Origin: Octopus sinensis
Lineage: Eukaryota
Assembly: GCF_006345805.1 (NCBI RefSeq)
Contig: NW_021824348.1
Coordinates: 1 to 18,519, forward strand
DNA: 18,519 bases
Reading direction: 5' to 3'
In this document: positions 1-8,211 of the stretch, piece after piece
Numbering within the stretch: position 1 is the first letter of the stretch
Layout of the letters: each line of letters opens with the position of its first letter
Position numbers and translations under genes: made by a program
Notes under the pieces: generated by a model
The model's input: only the letters and a program-made list of their open reading frames with translations
What the model was told of the DNA's origin: nothing
The model's database searches: none

Positions 1-280
1 ACACAGAAAGACAGACAGACACACACACACAAAGAGGAAGAGATAGAGAGAGAGAGACACAGAAAGCGAAATCCATATCATACCTTATATTGTTGAAGAG
101 ATTATGAACATGCATACAAATATAATTATATACACACTTAAAATGTAAACATATTGCCATATTGATTTGGGACGAAGGAGGGAAACTGCGTACAGTTGTG
201 GAAACCAGCCACCCAGCAGATGTGAACAAGAAACAAAAGATCAGAGAAAAACAACAACAAAAAAAAAACCCTACACTGAA

Positions 281-853
281 CTCTTTACTCTTTACTCTTT
301 TACTTGTTTCAGTCATTTGACTTCGGCCATGCTGGAGCACCGCCTTTAATCGAGCAACTCGACCCCGGGACTTATTCTTTTTTGTAAGCCCAGTACTTAT
401 TCTATCGGTCTCTTTTGCCGAACCGCTAAGTAACGGGGACCGTAAACACACCACCATCGGTTTACAAGCAATGCTAGGGGACAAACACAGACACCACAAA
501 CACACACACGCATATATATATATAACATATATACGACGGGCTTCTTTTCAGTTTCCGTCTACCAAATCCACTCACAAGGTTATTGGTCGGCCCGAGGCTA
601 TAGTAGAAGACACTTGCCCAAGGTGCCACGCAGTGGACTGAACCGGAACCATGTGGTTGGTAAGCAAGCTACTTACCACACAGCCACTCACATATATACG
701 ACGGGCTTCTTTTCAGTTTCCGTCTACCAAATCCACTCACAAGGCTTTGGTCGGCCCGAGGCTATAGTAGAAGACACTTGCCCAAGGTGCCACGCAGTGG
801 GACTGAACCCGGAACCATGTGGCTGGTAAGCAAACTACTTACCACACAGCCAC
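281..853 (-). mobile_element. tRNA-derived SINE, family A, with tandemly duplicated 5' module
   Basis: Minus strand shows A-box-like TGGCTGTGTGG, B-box-like GGTTCAGTCC, an internal (TA)/(TG) tract and an (AAAAGAGT)-type tail at 281-305. Homologous to copies at 2858, 11959, 13070 and 14780. Confidence 0.9.
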
Positions 854-954
854 GAAATCTGCAGTTACTCTATCCAGATCACAAATTAAGACTTATACCT
901 GTAATTATTGGGGGTACTGGAATATGTAACACACAGCTCAAAATGCCAATCTTG

Positions 955-1032
955 AGAAATTAGTCTTCTCAAAACCAAAGAGGAGAAAGCTGATCAGCCT
1001 TTTCTTTTCTGGTTTTGAGAAGACGAATTTCT
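955..1032. repeat. 78-bp near-perfect palindrome (39-bp arms, no spacer)
   Basis: 955-993 vs 994-1032: 33/39 Watson-Crick pairs. Includes perfect GTCTTCTCAAAACCA (963-977) / TGGTTTTGAGAAGAC (1010-1024); centre GCTGATCAGC. Confidence 0.9.
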
Positions 1033-1060
1033 GGATATATGTATGTATATATATACATAT

Positions 1061-1370
1061 GTGGAGGCGCAATGGCCCAGTGGTTAGGGCAGCGGACTCG
1101 CTGTCGTAGGATCGCGGTTTCGATTCCCAGACCGGGCGTTGTGAGTGTTTATTGAGCGAAAACACCTAAAAGCTCCACGAGGCTCCGGCAGGGGGTGGTG
1201 GCGATCCCGGCTGTACTCTTTCACCACAACTTTCTCTCACTCTTTCTTCTGTTGGCTGCTCGCTTAGCCAGCGGGGTGGCGTCATTCGAAGGCTAAAGCA
1301 TTGCGAATGCATTGTGACCAGTGATGTGTAGCAACATCTGATGGTCTGGTCGGTCACGTGATCACGTAAT
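1061..1370 (+). mobile_element. tRNA-derived SINE, family B (tail type 1)
   Basis: Head GGCGCAATGGCCCAGTGGTTAGGGCAGCGGACTCG...GGTTTCGATTCC has A/B boxes and resembles tRNA-Arg. Shares ~180 bp with 1674-1853. Ends in CACGTGAT-CACGTAAT. Confidence 0.85.
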
Positions 1371-1460
1371 ATATACATATATGTACATATATACATATGT
1401 ACGTATGTATATATGTATACATATATATATGTATATACATACATATATATATATATATAT

Positions 1461-1853
1461 GGAATGGAAGCACTCCGTCGGTTACGACGATGAGGGTTCC
1501 GGTTGATCCGAATCAACGGAACAGCCTGCTCGTGAAATTAACGTGTAAGTGGCTGAGCACTTCACATACACGTGCACCCTTAACGTAGTTCTCGGGGATA
1601 TTCAGCGTGACACAGAGAGGGACAAGGCCGGCCCCTTGAAATACAGGTACAACAGAAACAGGAAGTAAGAGTGGAGTGAGAGAAAGTTGAGGCGAAAGAG
1701 TACAACAGGGGTCGCCCCCCCCCCTGCCGGAGCCTCGTGGAGCTTTAGGTGTTTTCGCTCAATAAACACTCACAAAGCCCGGTCTGGGAATCGAAACCGC
1801 GATCCTCCGACCGCGAGTCCGCTGCCCTAACCACTGGGCCATTGCGCCTCCAC
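1461..1853 (-). mobile_element. tRNA-derived SINE, family B (tail type 2), full length
   Basis: Same head as 1061 on the opposite strand; its 3' half matches 16368-16530. Confidence 0.88.
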
Positions 1854-2034
1854 ATATATATATATACATATGGAGATTTCTCAATAGTTCAGCGTTTTTA
1901 GTCTTCATCTGATGTTTACATTCATGTTAACATTTGCCGAGCGGCTGGTTTACACAACTCTACACAGTTTCTCTTCTTTATCCCAAATCACTATGACAGG
2001 TCTGTTATGTTTACATTTTAAGTGTGCAAGTATG

Positions 2035-2281
2035 TTTGTATGTATGTATGTATGTTTGTATCTATGCGTATATGTATGTATAATATAAAATTCTCGGTAG
2101 AATAAGGAATATGGATTTCTATGCCTGTGTTTCTGTTTATCTCTTACTCTGAGTCTCTATGTGTATGTGATTACGTGCGTGAGTGTGTGTGTGTGTGTGT
2201 GTGTTTGTGTGTGCATGTGTGTGTATGATGCTAGAACATATGTGGAATGATGTAAAACTATATCATATATATATATATATG

Positions 2282-2330
<49 letters not shown>

Positions 2331-2398
2331 ATGTATATTTATATATATATATATATATATTACTCATATATATATGTATATTTATATATATATATATG

Positions 2399-2433
<35 letters not shown>

Positions 2434-2553
2434 TGAGAAAGTTGGTTTGTGAAAGGACGTGGTTGAATATTTAGAAAATAGTAAAAAGTGAAAAAAAAAA
2501 AAATTTTAACCTTTTAAAACAAGCCTTCTGTAGTTTTTTCACTTTTTACTATT

Positions 2554-2607
<54 letters not shown>

Positions 2608-2819
2608 TATAACAATAGGGTAATAAGAATTATTATTACCAGTGGCCTAGCAAAAATTCCTTTCGAGAATTTATCCTTAATTGGTGGTTTGAGTTTTCTT
2701 CTGCTCTTTCTAGCACAAGGCTTTCCTATTTGGAAGCCTCTTGTATTTCTATATATATATACATACATACATACATACATACATACATACATACATACAT
2801 ACATACATACATACATGCA

Positions 2820-2855
<36 letters not shown>

Positions 2856-2857
2856 TA
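2035..2857. repeat. Compound microsatellite zone: (TATG)n, (GT)n, (AT)n, (ACAT)n with short unique islands
   Basis: Direct reading: (GT)n ~2183-2225, (AT)n ~2265-2431 and ~2558-2610, (ACAT)n ~2760-2848. Confidence 0.95.
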
Positions 2858-3268
2858 GGCGCAGGAGTGGCTGTTTGGTAAGTAGCTTGCTAACCAACCA
2901 CATGGTTCCGGGTTCAGTCCCACTGCGTGGCATCTTGGGCACGTGTCTTCTGCTATAGCCCCGGGCCGACCAATGCCTTGTGAGTGGATTTGATAGACGG
3001 AAACTGAAAGAAGCCTGTCGTATATATGTATATATATATAAGTGTGTGTGAATATGTTTGTGTGTCTGTGTTTGTTCCCCTAGCATCGCTTGACAACCGA
3101 TGCTGGTGTGTTTACGTCCCTGTCACTTAGCGGTTCGGCAAAAGAGACCGATAGAATAAGTACTGGGCTTACAAAGAATAAGTCCCGGGGTCGATTTGCT
3201 CGACTAAAGGCGGTGCTCCAGCATGGCCTCAGTCAAATGACTGAAACAAGTAAAAAGAGTAAAAAGAG

Positions 3269-3270
<2 letters not shown>
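2858..3270 (+). mobile_element. SINE family A, full length
   Basis: Head GGCGCAGGAGTGGCTGTTTGG...GGTTCAGTCCC; tail AAAAAGAGT x2; flanked by AT microsatellites. Confidence 0.92.
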
Positions 3271-3318
<48 letters not shown>

Positions 3319-4002
3319 GAGAAAGAAGCAACAAGAATGGATAGGTTTTTAGTACAATCGTTTCATACAAGGACAGGCTTTATTAAAAGTTGCAAAAATT
3401 ACAGCATATAAACGTGTCCCGTACTCATCAGCTAAAATACATGTGAGTTCTCTAGACATCCTAGTGGTTGAGGCTATACTCATGAAGTAATGTAGATAAT
3501 TAAGTAACATAAACAGATTTACAAAGTTCATTAAAGTTCTTTAAAGATGATGTACAGTCTTATCACAGAATTTTAAAAAAGTATTAATAGCATCACAGAG
3601 AAGGTGACCTAATCCACAGTGCACATATGAATTTCCAGAGATATGAGGAGGGATTACATACTCACAGACGACAAATTTATCCATTGTTAATCACAACGAG
3701 GTGGGTCTCAATTCCTGCTTATTAGCATTACAGAGAGGGTGAATTAATCCTTTGTATAGATGCACAATTTCCAAATCACCCCACATTACTGTATTGTTAA
3801 AACAGTATAGTTTTTTTTTTTGGTGCATCTAAGTTAGGTACCATATTCAAGTAAATTCATTTAAATTAACTTGAATCTTTATTGCTTTTTGTATATATAT
3901 ATACATATAATATTCTACAATTATATACATAATTATAATCAGGGGTCAGTTAAGTGCCTCACCACGTATCAAATTAGAAATAGACGCTACTGTCTTTTCA
4001 AC

Positions 4003-4267
4003 TACCATAAAAATCTCCGATACAAAAACACACATTTTTATGTAGGAAAAAAGAAAACTGATGAATCCTTACGACTCCGTTAATTACAGAAGCGTTTCGA
4101 ACTTCAAGTAAATTACATTTACCTTTCATTCTATTATTCACTGAGGAGAATAATAGGTAAATATAAGTTCGAAACGCGTCTGTGATTAACCGAAGTCGTA
4201 TAGATTCACCAGTTTTCTTTTTTCCTACATAAAAAAGTGTGTTTTTGTATCGGAGATTTTTATGGTA
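4003..4267. repeat. Fold-back with ~102-bp outer arms; probable Penelope-like element remnant
   Basis: 4003-4104 is the reverse complement of 4165-4267 with few mismatches. Inner complementarity continues to 4139/4148. A hammerhead core lies at the centre. The PLE assignment is inference. Confidence 0.75.
4140..4182 (+). ncRNA. Type I hammerhead ribozyme motif with truncated helix I
   Basis: CUGAGGA (4141-4147), helix II GAA/UUC (4148-4150 / 4168-4170), GAAA (4171-4174), palindromic helix III ACGCGU, GUC triplet ending 4180. Only ~2 bp of helix I. Confidence 0.65.
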
Positions 4268-4329
4268 TACATACATACACATCAGCATATTATCACTGGT
4301 GTGTAGATCTGGCTGACAGTAATACAGGG

Positions 4330-5050
4330 GGTGTCTTACTAATTTAGCCACGATCTGTTTGGAAAGTCCGTTGGCTTCAGATGTGGCATCAAGTGCATAC
4401 TATTACTTCGTGAATATTAACTTACTCTATGCCTGGGAGACTTGGAAGTGTACCGAGAGGGCGGATAGAAAACTAAATGCGTTCGACGAAAGGTACTTGA
4501 GAAAGATCCTGGTAGGAACGATGTTACAAACAAGATTTGGGGAATAACGAAGTCATGACCAGTGTTAGAGTTTGTTGCAGAGCAGCGCCGATTCCGCCTG
4601 GGTGATTATATTGTTCGTCTAGTTTCTATGAACATACTTTAATTTCCATTTTTCTCGGAATGGGGGTGCGGATATTCATAGCCATTCGATGTTTTAAAAG
4701 CGCGTGTCTTGTATCTTTATAATTAAATATTGTTAGGGATTGCACTAAAAATTTTTGGTTGAAATACTTTGAGTGTAGTAGGAAATATAACCAGTTTACT
4801 GCACATAACTTTTGACAACAAAATCTTACTTGGATCCTCAAGGGAACACATGGATTTTGGCTGAGAAACACTCGAAAACAATCAATGGCACCCGAAAACA
4901 ACCAGGACCTGTGTATAACTTGTCGGTAGGTGTAAAAGGAGGGCAGATAAAAGACATTATAAAATGACCTGGAAAAAGTTAACATGCAATGGTTAAGTGA
5001 GAGTAGCAACCGACCGACCCTGTGCAAGGATCTGGCTGTCCAATGCGTTC
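4330..5050 (+). pseudogene. Decayed RTE-like LINE fragment (post-RT C-terminal region), apparently interrupted
   Basis: LLYAWETWKCTERADRKLNAFDERYLRKIL (from 4422) resembles the LLYGxETW...KLxAFExxCLRxIL motif. A shifted frame gives NDVTNKIWGITKS*P...RRFRLGDYIVRL (to ~4622). NDLEKVNMQW...KDLAVQC follows at 4963-5046. Stops and frameshifts present. Confidence 0.7.
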
Positions 5051-5146
5051 AGGACTTAAACAATATCTGTCTCTCTTGTTGCAAGGTTTAAATACATAAA
5101 TTTCCTATTCATGAAGGGAAAAAGGTAGGGTCTTTGGGGTATCGGA

Positions 5147-5252
5147 TAGAATGCTTTGTGGTATTAACTCCGACGCTTTATATTGCAAGTTCAAATCCCG
5201 TCAAGGTCAACTTCGTTTTTCATCACTCAGAGTCTGCTAAAAAAAATGTACC
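5147..5252 (+). mobile_element. Old, diverged relic of SINE family C or a relative
   Basis: AGTTCAAATCCCGTCAAGGTCAACTTCGTTTTTCATC...TGTACCAGT aligns loosely with AGTTCAAATTCCGCCGAGGTCGACTTTGCCTTTCATC...AGTACCAGT of family C. Confidence 0.55.
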
Positions 5253-5314
5253 AGTCCAGGGCAGTGGATTTGTAGAAGGGGATAAGGATAGATACCTGGT
5301 GGTATTTCTTTCCA

Positions 5315-6279
5315 TCCGGCGAGCTGGCAGAAACGTTAGCACGTCGGGCGAAATGCTCAAAAGTATTTCGTCTGCCGTTACGTTCTGAGTTCAAATTCCG
5401 CCGAGGTCGACTTTCCCTTTCATCCTTTCGGGGTCGATAAATTAAGTACCAGTTACGCACTGGAGTCGATATAATCGACTTAATCCGTCTGTCTGTCCTT
5501 GTTTGTCCCTTCTGTGTTTAGCCCCTTGTGGGTAGTAAAGAAATAGGTATTTCGTCTGCCGCTACGTTCTGAGTTCAAATTCCGCCGAGGTCAACTTTGC
5601 CTTTCATCCTTCCGGGGTCGATAAATTAAGTACCAGTTATGCACTGGGGTCGATATAATCGACTTAATCCGTTTGTCTGTCCTTGTTTGTCCCCTCTGTG
5701 TTTAGCCCCTTGTGGGTAGTAAAAAAAAGGTATTTCGTCTGCCGTTACGTTCTGAGTTCAAATTCCGCCGGGGTCGACTTTGCCTTTCATCCTTCCGGGG
5801 TCGATTTAATAAGTACCAGTTACGCACTTGGGTCGATATAATCAACTTAATACCTATGTCTGTCCTTGTTTGTCCCCTCTGTGTTTAGCCCCTTGTGGGT
5901 AGTAAAAAAAAGGTATTTCGTCTGCCGTTACGTTCTGAGTTCAAATTCCGCCGGAGTCAACTTTGCCTTTCATCCTTTCGGTGTCGATAAATTAAGTACC
6001 AGTTACGCACTGGGGTTGATATAATCGACTTAATCCATTTGTCTGTCCTTGTTTGTCCCCTCTATGTTTAGCCCCTTGTAGGCAGTAAAGAAATAGGTAT
6101 TTCGTCTGCCGCTACGTTTTGAATTCAAATTCCGCCGAGGTCGACTTTGCCTTTCATCCTTCCGGGGTCGATTTAATAAGTACCAGTTCCGCACTTGGGT
6201 CGATATAATCGACTTAATACCTATGTCTGTCCTTGTTTGTCCCCTCTGTGTTTAGCCCCTTGTGGGTAGTAAAGAAATA
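5315..6279 (+). mobile_element. SINE family C: one 5' head plus five tandem 183-184-bp body/tail units, with 14-bp TSD
   Basis: Units start at GTATTTCGTCTG: 5363, 5547, 5730, 5913, 6097. TSD GGTATTTCTTTCCA at 5301-5314 and 6280-6293. B-box-like GAGTTCAAATTCC in each unit; A-box region only once. Confidence 0.92.
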
Positions 6280-6425
6280 GGTATTTCTTTCCAACCGCAA
6301 CGCCTGCGATCATATGGATGCTGAGATATTGGCTCCAAGCAGTGGTCTTTCTTTTTCTGGATAAACATCGGGTATGAAAAGTGTCTCCTTTCTAGTGTTT
6401 TGTCTGTTCCAGCTAGTTCTGCCAT

Positions 6426-6507
6426 GTGTGCGTACGCATACACGCATGCGCACGCACACACGTATGCACTCACAAACACACATGTATGTACACACACACG
6501 TATACTT

Positions 6508-6550
<43 letters not shown>

Positions 6551-6551
6551 T
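6426..6551. repeat. Imperfect (CA)n microsatellite
   Basis: Direct reading. Confidence 0.9.
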
Positions 6552-6673
6552 ACAATAACACCCAGCCATCCACAGACTCTTATTTCTTCACCAACTTAGA
6601 CTACAATCTGGATTATCGAGTTTCCATCATTTCGGATTATGCTAAATCTATTTTTAGTATTAATATACTACAC

Positions 6674-7618
6674 CAGCAGCAGCGGTGGTGGCAGCAGCAG
6701 CGGTGGCGGCGGTAGCAGCAGCGGTGGCGACAGCAGCAGCGGTGGCGGCGGTAGCAGCAGCGGTGGCGGTAGCAGCAGCGGTGACGGCAGCAGCAGCGGT
6801 GGCGGCAGCAGCAGCGGTGGCGGCAGCAGCAGCGGTGGCGGCAGCAACAGTAGCCGTAGTAATAGTAATAGTGGTGGTGTAGCGAGCGGTGGCAGTAATG
6901 GTTGTAGTAGTAGTAGTAGTGATTATGGCGATGGTGTGGTGGTTGTAGTAATAGTAGTCGTAGTACTAGGCGTAATAATACTAGAAGTAGTTGTGGTGGT
7001 GGTAAAAGTATTCGTGGTGGTGGTTGTAGTAGTAGTAGTGGTAGTGGTGGGGGTGGTAGTAGTAGGTGTAATAATAGTAGAAGCGGTTGTGGTAGTGGTA
7101 ATAGTATTCGTGGTGGTAGTGGTGGTGGTTGTAGTAATAGCAGTGGTAGTGGTGGGGGTAGTAATAGGATTAATAGTAGAAGTGGTTGTGGTGGTGGTAA
7201 TAGTATTCGTGGTGGTGGTGGTAGTTGTAGTAATAGTAGTGGCAGTAGTGGTAGTGGTAATAGTATTCGTGGTGGTAGTGGTGGTGGTTGTAGCAGTAAT
7301 AGTGGGGGTGGAGTGGTAGTAGTAGGAGTAATAATAGTAGAAGTAGTTGTTGTGGTGGCAGTAGTATTCGTGGTGGTGGTGGGGTTGTAGTAATAGTAGT
7401 GGGGGTGGAGTGGTAGTTGTAGGTGTAATAATAGTATTCGTGGTAGTGGTGGTGGTGGAGGTGGTTATAGTAATAGTAGTGGTAGTGGTGGGGGGCGGGT
7501 AGTAGTAGGAGTAATAATAGTAGAAGTGGTTGTGGTGGTGGTAGTAGTAGTAATATGGATGGTGGTGTTGGTAGTAGTAGTAGTAGTAGTAGCAGCAGTA
7601 GTAGTAGTAGTATTAGTA

Positions 7619-7655
<37 letters not shown>

Positions 7656-7793
7656 TGTAGTTGTAGTATTAACAGCAGCAGCAGTAGTAGTAGTATTAGT
7701 AATAGCAGTAGTGGCAGTAGTAGTAGTAATAGCAGTAGTGGCAGTAGTAGTAGTAGTAGCAGTAGTGGCAGTAGTAGCAGTAGTGGTAGCAGT
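6674..7793. repeat. Trinucleotide low-complexity block (AGC/GGT/GGC, then GTA/GTG/ATA) with cryptic 60-100-bp repeat
   Basis: TATTCG anchors at 7009, 7105, 7204, 7264, 7365, 7435. Confidence 0.9.
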
Positions 7794-8211
7794 TTCCTGT
7801 TGCTACAAGAAACTAGTGTTATTGATGCAGCACGTGACATCCCAAAATAGTATGACGAGACAAAAATGGTGTCCTATGACAAGTTCCACGCGTTGACCTC
7901 CCCCCTCCACCCGTGCCATTCCTCTAGGATTTCCTGTTTTTTTCTTTTCGTTTTTGTTTTTTCCTCCAATAGCTTCGACAGCAGAAAAGAATGACTTTAC
8001 ATCTTTCGCAACTCTTTTATAATCTGACAACTTTTAGTTTTGCAACGATTTTTTTTTTTAAAGTATACGATATCAGTTTGCCCTGGAAATATTAACCTGA
8101 AAGTAAGAAATTATTCTCAATTTCTCTCTCTCCCTCCGTCTCCACTCTCTCTCTTTCACTCTCTTCTCTTCTCGTCTCGTCTCTATTGCTGAGGAATTTA
8201 CGATCCAGGAC

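Noticed and set aside
1061-1135. tRNA genes here and at 1780-1853 and 12430-12500
   Set aside because: They are SINE heads followed by SINE body; the acceptor and T stems do not close properly.
3398-3431. CUGAUGA on the minus strand upstream of AATAAA
   Set aside because: No GAAA after the putative helix II and no helix I; at best a heavily decayed relic.
4058-4064. CTGATGA in the left arm
   Set aside because: The partner arm reads CTGGTGA and no GAAA follows; chance match.
4626-5027. 133-aa minus-strand ORF
   Set aside because: No recognisable motif; lies antisense to the decayed LINE region.
6639-7319. 226-aa Ser/Gly then Val-rich ORF (and 6685-6882, 7555-7896)
   Set aside because: By-product of stop-free triplet repeats; no domain, and frame breaks in the continuing repeat.
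7973-8102. Possible exon (polypyrimidine-AG at 7972, GTAAGA at 8103)
   Set aside because: The longest frame examined stops before the donor, gives no recognisable peptide and contains a T11 run; RNA-seq would be needed.
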